Shown: positions 43,654-53,144 of the stretch, piece by piece | Layout of the letters: every line of letters starts with the position of its first letter | Numbering within the stretch: position 1 is the first letter of the stretch | Sequence record: PZ386972.1 | DNA: 64,000 nucleotides | Source: a phage | Direction: 5' to 3' (one strand) | The notes under the pieces: generated by a model | Database searches by the model: none | Seen by the model: only the letters and a program-made list of their open reading frames with translations | Told to the model about the DNA's origin: nothing | Made by a program: the position numbers and the translations under genes

Positions 43654-44082
43654 ATGAACAAAGTTGATAAAGCTCTAGTTTTCGCAGCAGCAGATAAGTT
43701 TGAACAAGTTAAGGCAACTTTCCGAACCTTGTTCCAGTCTTACGTTCAGGATAAGTCTAACCCTATCTCTGAACGTTTGATGGTCTGGGAATGTTACGCA
43801 ACTGATGCCCTATTAATGGCAGATTACAGAGGTGAGGCAGACGAAGAGATCGAAGAACTCTTTGCTGAAGAAGCACCACGTTACCAGGCAGTTTATTTCC
43901 AGGATCTAGCTGAACGCATCATTCCTGATGATCTTTGGGACAAATACTATGGCAATCCTGAAGATGATGGAATGACACCAGAAGCGTGTATTGAGCTGAT
44001 CTGCAAAGATCATCCTGAAATCGCAGAAAAATTTGAGCAAGTATTGGCTTCTGAGTTTTCAGGTTTCGTTAACGATTGGTAA
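43654..44082 (+). CDS. acidic hypothetical protein
   Basis: ORF track. Confidence 0.45.
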   Translation: MNKVDKALVFAAADKFEQVKATFRTLFQSYVQDKSNPISERLMVWECYATDALLMADYRGEADEEIEELFAEEAPRYQAVYFQDLAERIIPDDLWDKYYGNPEDDGMTPEACIELICKDHPEIAEKFEQVLASEFSGFVNDW

Positions 44083-44099
44083 GTAATTAAAAAATTCAG

Positions 44100-44128
44100 T
44101 TGCTTTAAGCCTTAAAATTCTGTATAAT
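44100..44128 (+). promoter_or_regulatory. T5-type early promoter
   Basis: TTGCTT-17-TATAAT. Confidence 0.6.
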
Positions 44129-44142
44129 AAGTTCATAAATTA

Positions 44143-44412
44143 ATGAGAGAGGAAATTCTAATGGAAAACATGACTAAAAATGAAATGGCTAACGTTCTGG
44201 CAATTCTCCTCGACATGCAGGGTTTTGAGGGCCAGCTCATGAAGATGTCTATTCCGGCAATGAAAAAGATGTATGATTCCCTGAATAAGAATGCTATGGC
44301 GTTCAACCTCGCAAAACAGGAAGCACGTTTTGCGAAAGAACATCAGGCGACTGCCGAACGCCGTGCAGCATCTTTTGAGCGTGAAGTTAAGCAACTGAAA
44401 GGTAAGAAATAA
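44143..44412 (+). CDS. hypothetical protein
   Basis: ORF track. Confidence 0.4.
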   Translation: MREEILMENMTKNEMANVLAILLDMQGFEGQLMKMSIPAMKKMYDSLNKNAMAFNLAKQEARFAKEHQATAERRAASFEREVKQLKGKK

Positions 44413-44575
44413 TGGAAAGAGTATCAATTTCAATACTGTCATTCCTTATAGGAGTACTAATATATAATATGGTTGCTCTTAACATACACTTAACTGAAGT
44501 AGACAAGTCTCTTCATGAGCTAAATGTAGAGATTTGCAAAGTAACTCCAAATAACGAAAAATGTAAGGGTATTTA

Positions 44576-44857
44576 ATGTTAATTGAAATTCTTATTGGAC
44601 TGCTAGTGCTTATGACACTAGCAGCGATTGGTGGAATTATTGGTATTGTAAGCATACGAAAAAATATGGAAGGTATGCTCATTACTAACAGCGGATTGCA
44701 CCACCGTTTACTAGAGCAAGAACAAGATATTGAACTGGCCCAAAGACGCTCAGATATTCTTAAAGAAAAGTTAAATAATATTGAAGTAATAGTTGGAAAT
44801 AATAAATTACCTGCTAAAGTAATGCGTGCGCAGATAATTACGGAGATTAAAAAATGA
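44576..44857 (+). CDS. membrane-anchored coiled-coil protein
   Basis: ORF track; N-terminal TM helix. Confidence 0.4.
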   Translation: MLIEILIGLLVLMTLAAIGGIIGIVSIRKNMEGMLITNSGLHHRLLEQEQDIELAQRRSDILKEKLNNIEVIVGNNKLPAKVMRAQIITEIKK

Positions 44858-45099
44858 TGATGTTTATTCTCGCATTTTATTTAGTTGTGGTTGGTGTACT
44901 AGTTACTAAATACCACACATGGACACCAAAGAATGTAGCTAAGGTAGCTTTATTTGTTATTCCAGTACCTTTTATTATCTTCTCTATGTTACTGGTAATG
45001 CTAATTGGTAAAGTAACAAAAACCGATGTTAAACGTATTGCTGATGAATTGCAACAGTCTTGTGATATGGTAGAGGATATTATTAAAGATGAAGCTTAA
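44854..45099 (+). CDS. small membrane protein (2 TM)
   Basis: ORF track. Confidence 0.4.
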   Translation: MMMFILAFYLVVVGVLVTKYHTWTPKNVAKVALFVIPVPFIIFSMLLVMLIGKVTKTDVKRIADELQQSCDMVEDIIKDEA

Positions 45100-45415
45100 T
45101 TTTAATGAATTAAATACCTTACATGAGATATTACAGTTTGTGAATAATAATATTAGTATTCCGGATGATACAGTAGAAGTTCTCAAGATAATTGAGAAAA
45201 AAGTAGGAATTGAGATTGAGGACTCCTGGAAGCCACTTTCTGTATTAACACCTCTTAATATGAAAGTGATAGTTAAAAATATTGATACTGGTGAAGAATG
45301 TGAAATGATTCGTAAAGAACTAGCTGATAGCTATTCACCAAAGTCTGTAGTAATGTACCATGATGATACCGCTAAGATTCTACAGACAGCTAATTACGTA
45401 TGGCGTCTCCCATGA
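45089..45415 (+). CDS. hypothetical protein
   Basis: ORF track. Confidence 0.4.
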   Translation: MKLNFNELNTLHEILQFVNNNISIPDDTVEVLKIIEKKVGIEIEDSWKPLSVLTPLNMKVIVKNIDTGEECEMIRKELADSYSPKSVVMYHDDTAKILQTANYVWRLP

Positions 45416-45514
45416 TTGATTTAGTACCAATTACTGCGGGGCTAATAGCACTATTAGTGCTCGCAGTTTTTATTATTGTGGAGCAGGCCAAAGTAATAAG
45501 GAGACTTAAAAACA

Positions 45515-45715
45515 ATGATTGATTTTTATAACCCTAACATTCCCACAGCAGCAACAGAGTATTGTGTATTGCTCCCTTTTGCCGCTCTGTTAGCAGCACT
45601 CTTTAATATAGTTTTTAAAACAATAGGTCTAGATGTTCCTCCATATTATATTTCTGACCTCATTCCTTATATGTATGAGATGCTTCCAGTAGCGTTTAAT
45701 GGAGTTCGTAAATGA
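45515..45715 (+). CDS. small membrane protein
   Basis: ORF track. Confidence 0.35.
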   Translation: MIDFYNPNIPTAATEYCVLLPFAALLAALFNIVFKTIGLDVPPYYISDLIPYMYEMLPVAFNGVRK

Positions 45716-46173
45716 CAGCACTACAACAACTACAGAATTACTGGTTTGATAATCAATTTAACGATCTCTTTATCCAGTTATTTGTCGAAACGAACGGACG
45801 CTTCAACTACCGATTCTTTAATAAGTTTCACGAAACAAAATTCTCTCATACAGAAATTAATGCAGCGATCCAAGACCTAACGGGTTCTAAAGTAATTCAG
45901 TATCGTGAAGTAGACTTCACACCAGATTGTTTTGGGTTTGAATTGTTTAAGAAAGCGTATAAATTTGGTAAGTTTGAGGATGCTCGTCAATGGGTTCACG
46001 ATTTCTGGTACAACACTGATATTGTTCCTAGTCGTGTACTGATTCTTAACTGGATTGCTAAACAACATCCACCTAAAATGCAGTCATCCTTCTTACCAAC
46101 TGACACAGGAAACCTCTACCATGACAGAAAAGAAAAATCCATTGCTGGAGCAGATGAAGGAATGGGAGAGTAA
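45712..46173 (+). CDS. hypothetical protein
   Basis: ORF track. Confidence 0.45.
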   Translation: MTALQQLQNYWFDNQFNDLFIQLFVETNGRFNYRFFNKFHETKFSHTEINAAIQDLTGSKVIQYREVDFTPDCFGFELFKKAYKFGKFEDARQWVHDFWYNTDIVPSRVLILNWIAKQHPPKMQSSFLPTDTGNLYHDRKEKSIAGADEGMGE

Positions 46174-46492
46174 TATTGAATCTGGTCTAGTAGACGGAGA
46201 AGATATTGTTAACTCTATGCTAGAAATAACAATAGATAATGTTAACCCTATCTTGGCCAGTGAAACCTCAGATCTTATAGGACTTTCTAGTACTTTCGAT
46301 TCTTTAGCTAAATTAGCTTTAGATAATGAAGAGATAACCAAAGAAGATCTCGCCTCAGCTATGAATATGGCTATTAACGCTTACATTGGCAAACGTACCG
46401 ATGAACTTGACAAACAAATCAAAAAGCGTGATACAACGTTAAATCTTATGGAAACGGCCACTATTTTAAGAAGTGGTAAACAACTTCATTAA
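46121..46492 (+). CDS. acidic hypothetical protein
   Basis: ORF track 46055..46492; internal ATG 46121 preferred. Confidence 0.4.
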   Translation: MTEKKNPLLEQMKEWESNIESGLVDGEDIVNSMLEITIDNVNPILASETSDLIGLSSTFDSLAKLALDNEEITKEDLASAMNMAINAYIGKRTDELDKQIKKRDTTLNLMETATILRSGKQLH

Positions 46493-46498
46493 TTTTAG

Positions 46499-46530
46499 AG
46501 GCCAGGACTTAATTGTTCTGGCCTTTTGTG
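46499..46530 (+). terminator. rho-independent terminator
   Basis: AGGCCAGGA...TCTGGCC hairpin then TTTTGTG. Confidence 0.6.
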
Positions 46531-46750
46531 TTTCAAGGAACTTCAAATGCAAGTATATGTCCTTACTAGAGATATAAATGAGTATAATCAGGATGGTGAG
46601 TATTTTGTAAAAGTATTCGCTGAAAAGCCAAGTAAACAACAATTATTAGATGCTGGAGTACCAGAAGACCAGGCTAAGTGTATACTACAAGATAAAGAGT
46701 TTACTGGTGATGCTTACGAATGTTTCTACCTTAGCTGTGAGAATATCTAA
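46526..46750 (+). CDS. hypothetical protein
   Basis: ORF track. Confidence 0.4.
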   Translation: MCFKELQMQVYVLTRDINEYNQDGEYFVKVFAEKPSKQQLLDAGVPEDQAKCILQDKEFTGDAYECFYLSCENI

Positions 46751-47192
46751 TATGAGAGAAAAAGTAAATGAATTACTAATCAAGGAAGCTAACAACTTTC
46801 CAATAAATAGATTCATCAAATCGGATGGATCTATTAATAGAACTAAGATTAAGCAGCTACATCCCGACTTTCAACAAGAAGCACTAAACCTTATATTTAT
46901 CAAGAAAGCTGTTGCAGCTCATGGAGCTTTCTTTGGGTATGAGCGTGTAAATTACAAAACAATGCAACAGCAAGTAGAAATCTATTGTCCAGATCATGAA
47001 GGATATTACTGGCAAACTGCTAGATCTCATTTAGAAGGGCACGGTTGTCGACTGTGTGCACACAAGGTTGTGCAGCGTGTCACGGATTATGGAACTTATA
47101 CCGTACCAGCATGTTATCATAAATTTGTAATTGACGATAATCACATAGTTTGGTATAATAAGTTTTCAAAGTTAAGAATGGAGATAAAATAA
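46751..47192 (+). CDS. hypothetical Cys/His-rich protein (possible nuclease or DNA-binding)
   Basis: Internal start of track ORF 46650..47192; CPDHEG...HGCRLCAH cluster. Confidence 0.35.
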
Positions 47193-47377
47193 TGGAAACT
47201 CTTTTTATTTTAATGCTAGTAGGTTCCTTGCTAGTTATACTAGCACTTCTATTTATTTGCAGTCTTCTTAATAAAGAGAACCTAGAGTTAAAGTGTGAGA
47301 ACCAAATCCTTAATCGTGAACTTGAACAATATAACCTAGCAGCCCATAAACTGTTAGACAAACTGGAGAATAAATAA
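47192..47377 (+). CDS. small membrane protein
   Basis: ORF track. Confidence 0.4.
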   Translation: METLFILMLVGSLLVILALLFICSLLNKENLELKCENQILNRELEQYNLAAHKLLDKLENK

Positions 47378-47982
47378 TGACTTTTAATGCACAACAATCT
47401 ATTCAAGTAGTACCGGATCATGAATTGAATACGTGGGATTATAGCTTTAAAGATTTAACTGCTACTGTACAATTCAAATCTATGAAGCTAACATTTGCAC
47501 ACGCTGACATTAGCGCCTGTAAAGATCTTGAAAGTAAGCTCGAAGATGCTCGTAAGATTTTTGGTACGGCTCGCATCCCCGCTGATAACCTGATTAATGC
47601 ACTGATCGATGCAGGGTACAAACTCGTGAAGACCGAGGTGAACCGCCCTAGTACTCCAGTGACTATTAGAGATCCGTGGCAATCAGGGTCAATCGCACTG
47701 TTAAATAAATCATCGGATTTGCACAATATTCCATGCGGTGGTACGCTGTCATCTAACCAATCCTATCGAGTTGGGGAAGATTATGGCCCTTCTGTACAGT
47801 TGAAACATACTCAAGAAGCTTTTGAATCTGATATGCGAAGCGTAGCACCTGCGGATGCTGGAGTTTCTAGGAGTTCTGTTTGTACTATTCATTTTAATAA
47901 TCCTGGTAAACATGGAAGTTTAGAGGATGCTATTATGGAGGCGTTGGGAGCTGCTATTAACGAGAGTAAAAAAGATCAATAA
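47377..47982 (+). CDS. hypothetical protein
   Basis: ORF track. Confidence 0.45.
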   Translation: MTFNAQQSIQVVPDHELNTWDYSFKDLTATVQFKSMKLTFAHADISACKDLESKLEDARKIFGTARIPADNLINALIDAGYKLVKTEVNRPSTPVTIRDPWQSGSIALLNKSSDLHNIPCGGTLSSNQSYRVGEDYGPSVQLKHTQEAFESDMRSVAPADAGVSRSSVCTIHFNNPGKHGSLEDAIMEALGAAINESKKDQ

Positions 47983-48054
47983 AGATCGTTAACTAATTTA
48001 TAGGTCTACGCCTCTCCAGACCTTTTATTAGGGGAGGCACATTAGGAGAATAAT

Positions 48055-48438
48055 ATGTTACATTACACAATCGCATTAAATCGTCAAATAACTAGTCAAA
48101 CTCGTGTTATCATTCGTGAGCTGGATGCAAATAGAGTCCATCCAGAAGAGGAGGGAATAATCATAGAAGTATCTTTAGTTACTAATGGAGTGGATGAAGT
48201 AATCTATGAATCTCAAGCCTTAGCTGTACATCAGGTTGAAGATGCAAAAAAGATCCTAGAGATTTTGGTAGAAGAAATCATAAAGCTCAAACCTAATCGT
48301 AAGATCTTCAAAGAGTCTTTTATTAATGAACTGCGTTATATCCAGAATACTGCTGATTACTTAAGTTTTGAGTTCTTTACTGCTCACTACAATTCACTAG
48401 AAGATTTCTATCCGGCAGACAAAGTTCAGGAGGCTTAA
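48055..48438 (+). CDS. hypothetical protein
   Basis: ORF track. Confidence 0.45.
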   Translation: MLHYTIALNRQITSQTRVIIRELDANRVHPEEEGIIIEVSLVTNGVDEVIYESQALAVHQVEDAKKILEILVEEIIKLKPNRKIFKESFINELRYIQNTADYLSFEFFTAHYNSLEDFYPADKVQEA

Positions 48439-48439
48439 T

Positions 48440-49171
48440 ATGAGTATTAGTGAGAATTTAAAGACTATTATTAAGCTGGCTAAGAATGCAGACGGCAAAT
48501 GTGTTTCTGAACTAACTCCTGATGAAGCTCATGCAGTAGCATTCTGTTCTGAGTTTCATCCCGCAGCTTATACAGAAGCTGGAATTGTTAAATATAATAA
48601 AGAAGAAAAATTCGTAACTCTATCTCCTTCTTATATTGCAATGAGAAAGATCATCAATTCTGTTGGTGATAAGATTGTAGGGTTCAAGGCAGATTCATAT
48701 CATGTCTTTGCAGATCAGGAACTTCCAGTATTTAAAGAAGGAAATGTTAGAGTTGCACTAGAATTATATCCCGAGGAAAAGTTCATTCCACCTAAACGTT
48801 GTGAATATGATCATCTTCCTAGACTCCAAAGAAAAGATACTGGATTCCCTTATACAAAAGATGAAGTGTTGCTAGGGATTGCTTCTACGATTGCGCAGGT
48901 TCATCTATGTCTCGAAAAGAACCTAGAGATGCCATTAATCTTACAGTCTGCACATAAAGCAATGTTAAATGACTGGGATCAATTCTTTAAGATTATAGGA
49001 GCTGTCGGATTAGCACGTTTACTTCCTGCATTTGAGAACTCTGAAGTATTTGGCGAAGGTTCTTTCGGAACTGTAGATTATGATGCGCTAAAATCCCCAC
49101 ACTCCTATCTTGCAACTTTTCTCTTCATGGTCTCGAAGGGTATCGTTCTCAAATACAAGCGGAAGGAATAA
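48440..49171 (+). CDS. hypothetical protein
   Basis: ORF track. Confidence 0.45.
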   Translation: MSISENLKTIIKLAKNADGKCVSELTPDEAHAVAFCSEFHPAAYTEAGIVKYNKEEKFVTLSPSYIAMRKIINSVGDKIVGFKADSYHVFADQELPVFKEGNVRVALELYPEEKFIPPKRCEYDHLPRLQRKDTGFPYTKDEVLLGIASTIAQVHLCLEKNLEMPLILQSAHKAMLNDWDQFFKIIGAVGLARLLPAFENSEVFGEGSFGTVDYDALKSPHSYLATFLFMVSKGIVLKYKRKE

Positions 49172-49188
49172 ACGTTAACAAAATCTTC

Positions 49189-49218
49189 TTGACAACTCAT
49201 TAAGGTACATGTTATAAT
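49189..49218 (+). promoter_or_regulatory. promoter TTGACA-18-TATAAT directed into the gene-poor repeat locus
   Basis: Consensus hexamers; downstream 1.3 kb has no convincing plus-strand ORF. Confidence 0.5.
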
Positions 49219-49254
49219 AATCTCATAGATTAAAAACAACTTCTGTTTTTAGCT

Positions 49255-49536
49255 CTAGGCAACAAGATTATTGCTATCCCAACTCGAAGAGTACACCAGA
49301 GCCCCTGGCGCTAGGATGTATTCTGCAGCAGTTTTCACGGGATTAGCATACAGATCTTGAACGCCTAGAGCAGCAGACTTACGAGATTGGGGGATCTTAT
49401 ATTTAAAATAAAAGTAAAACTTTTGACCACATAATTTACATTCAAGATGATACACCTGTTGCCGCTCATCTGCTAGGATGGCACAACACTTTCCTAGAAA
49501 CTCCAGAGTTCTCACGAAATAATCACGAGATACCAC
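49255..49536 (-). CDS. small hypothetical protein (possible Zn-binding regulator), doubtful
   Basis: ORF track; CKLCGQKF motif; sits antisense to a promoter-driven region, so may be spurious. Confidence 0.3.
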   Translation of the reverse strand: MVSRDYFVRTLEFLGKCCAILADERQQVYHLECKLCGQKFYFYFKYKIPQSRKSAALGVQDLYANPVKTAAEYILAPGALVYSSSWDSNNLVA

Positions 49537-49544
49537 TCTTTCTA

Positions 49545-49625
49545 GGGCGGTTCTCCTAAGTTTCTAGGAACATATACTAGGCGGTTTAATACAGGGCGGT
49601 TATTGGGAGGGCGGTTATTTCTAGG
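49545..49625 (+). repeat. short direct repeats GGGCGGTT (x4) interleaved with TTTCTAGG(A) (x3)
   Basis: Seen in sequence. Confidence 0.6.
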
Positions 49626-49660
49626 AGACATTTTTTGAAAACACATTTCCAGAAATTACT

Positions 49661-50260
49661 GTCGGATTTGCACATTGTGTTTCTAGAAATTTATGGTCGG
49701 ATTTGCACAATCGCCTAAGTTTTTAGGAACATATAATCTCTTGAAAATGGCAGCATTATTTCGGGCCGAAGGCCCATGATTGCCTGAGTTTTTAGAGCCA
49801 CAAGAATTTTCACTTGTCAAGCTATTTTGCCCCATTTTGCTAATAAAATTTTACTTTATCTGCACTTATCTCAAATTAACCCAAATCTTCTCAACTCTTC
49901 TCCAAAATCCCCGCAAATCAGGTGCTCCGCACCAAACATGCGCCCCTCCCGCAGTTCCCCCAAATTTCTCTCGCTCTCTCAACTTCTCCCCAAACTCACA
50001 CAATCACACACCCTCTAATCGAAGTCACAAAAATCTTGTCGGATTCGCACATCTTAATCCTAGAAAAACCATGTCGGATTTGCACATACCCCACAGGATT
50101 CGAACGCAGTTCGTGATTGCTGGAGTTTTTAGGAAAATTCATTGTCGGATTTGCACACTATAAAAATTTTTCGGGTCGGATTTGCACACTACCAAAAATT
50201 GTCGGATTTGCACATACACGCCCCCGCGTAATCCATGGGGGCAAATGTCGGTTTTGCACA
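49661..50260 (+). repeat. array of 8 direct copies of the 14-mer GTCGGATTTGCACA (two with single substitutions), irregular spacing
   Basis: Copies at about 49661, 49696, 50038, 50073, 50144, 50175, 50201, 50247. Confidence 0.8.
49800..50035 (+). other. G-depleted, C/A-rich low-complexity tract on the plus strand
   Basis: About 235 nt with almost no G on the plus strand. Confidence 0.6.
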
Positions 50261-50285
50261 AAAGCGCAGGGCAATTGCCCTGCCC

Positions 50286-50450
50286 ACCTGAATGCAAATA
50301 AAAATGAGAATCGTTTGCATTTAAAAAGTGAAATGAGAATGATAATGATTCGCATTTAGAAAGTGAAATGATTCTCATTTAGAAAGTGGAATGATTCTCA
50401 TTTAGATAGTGAAATACAAATGATAATGATTCGCATTTAAGAACGGAAGT
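50286..50450 (+). repeat. iteron-like repeat cluster (ATGATTCTCATTTAGAAAGTG and GATAATGATTCGCATTTA units)
   Basis: Three to four tandem or inverted copies of about 20-bp units rich in AATGAGAAT/ATTCTCATT. Confidence 0.7.
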
Positions 50451-50470
50451 GAGAAACACTATTATTTAAG

Positions 50471-50479
50471 TTATCCACA
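50471..50479 (+). promoter_or_regulatory. DnaA box TTATCCACA
   Basis: Exact consensus 9-mer. Confidence 0.6.
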
Positions 50480-50543
50480 GACTTATTAACAGCACGATTT
50501 GACTTGACAGAATCCTAGCCATTTTGAGGCGTTATTAACAGAC

Positions 50544-50552
50544 TTATCCACA
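50544..50552 (+). promoter_or_regulatory. DnaA box TTATCCACA
   Basis: Exact consensus 9-mer; adjacent CTTATCCTA variant. Confidence 0.6.
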
Positions 50553-50945
50553 GCTTATCCTACTGTATAAATATACAGTATTCCTACGCAGTGAATAATT
50601 CTAATATAGCGTTAAAACGTCCTAGATCGCATTCTAACGCGTTTAATTTTGGTGGGGATACTAAAACAAGGGCAAAATTGGAGGAGGCTTGAAAATTAGT
50701 TAGCTCGCTAACGATCACACAAGGCGACACGTAACATCCTAATCATTAGCAGGCTAACCATCGCGGGCGCGGTCAAATAAGAATGATTCTCATTTGAGAA
50801 TTGGGGCACTTCCTGATAGTTGCGCCCCGTGATTATTACAGTAGTGGGCAACCGTTACGCTTTGCCCATTCCCGCCACTCATCTTGATGTCTAGACTTGC
50901 GACGGCGTACTAAAAACCGTTTATACCAGTGATTAAACCATCGTT

Positions 50946-51179
50946 TCATAAATCCTCCTCCGGTAGTCGATGCGTGATTTTTTCCTCCTCCCCATAGGAA
51001 TCCGCCAAATGCTGATAATAACCCTCGTGATCATAAATCACTTTATCATACTCGCCACGCTCGACCGCTTGCCGATTCTCTGGCGTATCGGGCACGTAAA
51101 AAACGTCTACCATCGTAGTAGTTTTGGTCACAATAATTTTATTGCTCATAGTAACTCCTAGTAAATATATTTTTGCCAA
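50946..51179 (-). CDS. hypothetical acidic protein
   Basis: ORF track; GGAGG RBS. Confidence 0.4.
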   Translation of the reverse strand: MAKIYLLGVTMSNKIIVTKTTTMVDVFYVPDTPENRQAVERGEYDKVIYDHEGYYQHLADSYGEEEKITHRLPEEDL

Positions 51180-51249
51180 TAGTGGCGAACGTTATCGCCA
51201 CCAGCGGAATCATTAGCTGCCTCAACATTACCAACGAAAATATATAATT

Positions 51250-51609
51250 TCATTGCGCCACCTTTCGAAACGCTGTTTCAATACTATCAGCCGTGGATTG
51301 AATATACGCGCCTTTCATTATCAGGCGCTCGGTGCATACCTTGCGGAAAATATTAATAAAATCCTCTTCATTTTCTGCAATCAATGCTTCCCCCATGACC
51401 TGAATATCACAAGATGCAAAGGTCAAAAATTGAAATGCTAGTTCACGGGCAACGACCGCATTGATTTTATAATGCGCCTTGCCCTCATAAATATTAATAA
51501 CGCCCTTGTAAGCTGGGGAAAGCTGATTTAAGTAATTTGCTAGTAATGCCGGACGGCAATTAGCAACAAAGCGATTGCCTTCATAAATTATCATTTGCAT
51601 AGCTCCCAA
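51250..51609 (-). CDS. hypothetical protein
   Basis: ORF track. Confidence 0.4.
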   Translation of the reverse strand: MGAMQMIIYEGNRFVANCRPALLANYLNQLSPAYKGVINIYEGKAHYKINAVVARELAFQFLTFASCDIQVMGEALIAENEEDFINIFRKVCTERLIMKGAYIQSTADSIETAFRKVAQ

Positions 51610-51836
51610 ATAGTTCCGCCGATGATCATTAGCTGACTAATAATTATCAGAATAAAACCAATTGAAGGCAGGACGCCCCAATATTGGAACGCCCTTTTAA
51701 TTTGTTGAATCATTTGTTAGCCTCCCAATCAGATAGCCAGATAAAAGCATAAAAATCCCCAATGAAAGGGGATCATTTTTAAATAAGGTGGCGGTAAAAC
51801 CGCCAACCATTGCAAGGATAATAATAATAACGCTTT

Positions 51837-52049
51837 TCATAGTACCCCACGAAAGGCCGCGTAAAAGGTGGCAAAGTGTTTAACCGTTTCAGCGATAACG
51901 TTGCCGCGCTTATCAAATTTCTTTTCTGTAACACGGAAGGCGTTTTTATTCCGCGCTACATATTCGATTTTACAATCAGGACGCTCAAACGTGTTTACAT
52001 CCACCAGCTTAAAGCCTTTCGAACGTGCAAGGGAAACGTTGCGAATCAT
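51837..52049 (-). CDS. hypothetical basic protein
   Basis: ORF track. Confidence 0.35.
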   Translation of the reverse strand: MIRNVSLARSKGFKLVDVNTFERPDCKIEYVARNKNAFRVTEKKFDKRGNVIAETVKHFATFYAAFRGVL

Positions 52050-52248
52050 TTTTTATTCTCCTTTACTAGTCATGCAGCCCAGCAGATAAGAAAATGCAGC
52101 GATACCCGCGCCAATAATAACCGCGTGGACACCGAAAGCTATTGCAAAAAGGGATAAAATAGCGCCCAAGATACCTGCTAGAATAGCTCGAAAAATAACC
52201 ATTTTCATTCTCCTAGTTAGTGGGGCGAAAGTAACGCCCCGTTATTAA

Positions 52249-52557
52249 TTACATTAAAACAATTTTAGCGGCTTGTTTTTTAGTACAGTGTTCCGCTTTC
52301 AGGGTATCCAGCAAAAAGCCCGCCGTTTGCTGATCGATTTTATCGGCATTATATAGTTCCTGAATGGTGTTATAGGTTTTAGCAATGCCGAACTCCTGCA
52401 CCATTTCATGAATGATGACGCGATTAGATACCCAACCTTGCGCGGTGAACAGATGACTAGCAGAAGAATAAGCAACCATTTTAAGCCTCCAAATTTTTGG
52501 GAAAATTTTTAATCCACCGTTTTGGTGTAAAGGCATTATAACAAAAAAGGCCACCAT
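52249..52557 (-). CDS. hypothetical protein (start uncertain, may be an internal ATG)
   Basis: ORF track; hairpin GGGGCG...CGCCCC just downstream. Confidence 0.35.
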   Translation of the reverse strand: MVAFFVIMPLHQNGGLKIFPKIWRLKMVAYSSASHLFTAQGWVSNRVIIHEMVQEFGIAKTYNTIQELYNADKIDQQTAGFLLDTLKAEHCTKKQAAKIVLM

Positions 52558-52584
52558 AAAAGGCGACCTTTACAAAACTTTACA

Positions 52585-53079
52585 TTAAACTACCTGTAAG
52601 GATTCAATATTGAAACATCGTTTCAATTCGTCATGCAAAACAGCATATTCCTCCCATCGGGTACTATCAGGAATATAAACAAGCTGTTTTAATCGGTTTG
52701 CATATATTACCGCTTTGTTATCGACTATCTCGACGCCGCCATATTTAATAATTAATTTCATGACGGAATTAATAGGATCTCCGCCGTTTACATATGTGCC
52801 GGATTTACTTAGCTGATAATGATAAAGGCTTGCATATACGTTTTCATTTTCATACCATTCGCCAGTTTCTTCGTCTTCATAGCCATCGCTACCAAAACGA
52901 GAAGCATTATCAACAGCCATTTCATGAGCAAAAGCGTCCAGATCCGTACCAGCAGGAACAAAATATTCCTCGGTATTCCCTTCCCCGCAATAGCCAGTAT
53001 GACAATCGACCAAAATGATCATATCATGTTTTGCCGTGCTCACTTCCCCTAGCGAGAAGCCGTATTTTTCCTCAGCCAT
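52585..53079 (-). CDS. hypothetical acidic protein
   Basis: ORF track, AGGAGG RBS. Confidence 0.45.
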   Translation of the reverse strand: MAEEKYGFSLGEVSTAKHDMIILVDCHTGYCGEGNTEEYFVPAGTDLDAFAHEMAVDNASRFGSDGYEDEETGEWYENENVYASLYHYQLSKSGTYVNGGDPINSVMKLIIKYGGVEIVDNKAVIYANRLKQLVYIPDSTRWEEYAVLHDELKRCFNIESLQVV

Positions 53080-53144
53080 TTATTAGCCTCCTATTAGTTA
53101 ACAAGGGAATAGTAGAGCGGGGAAATAATCCCCGCTAGTTATTA

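Larger units (their letters stand above)
50300..50580. repeat. left arm of a large imperfect inverted repeat (partner at about 54420-54640), contains DnaA boxes
   Basis: Reverse complement of 54440-54600 aligns with 50440-50575 at roughly 75-80 percent identity by eye. Confidence 0.6.

Noticed and set aside
49780-50163. Plus-strand ORF of 127 aa (and overlapping 63/64-aa ORFs) in the repeat locus
   Set aside because: Translation is low-complexity Pro/Ser/Leu-rich text produced by the G-depleted tract and spans the direct repeats; no RBS; treated as non-coding.
49661-50260. Possibility that the 14-bp direct repeats form a CRISPR array
   Set aside because: Repeats are only 14 bp, spacing between copies is highly irregular (about 12 to 330 nt), there is no leader/cas context, and the repeats are not palindromic; more consistent with protein-binding sites.
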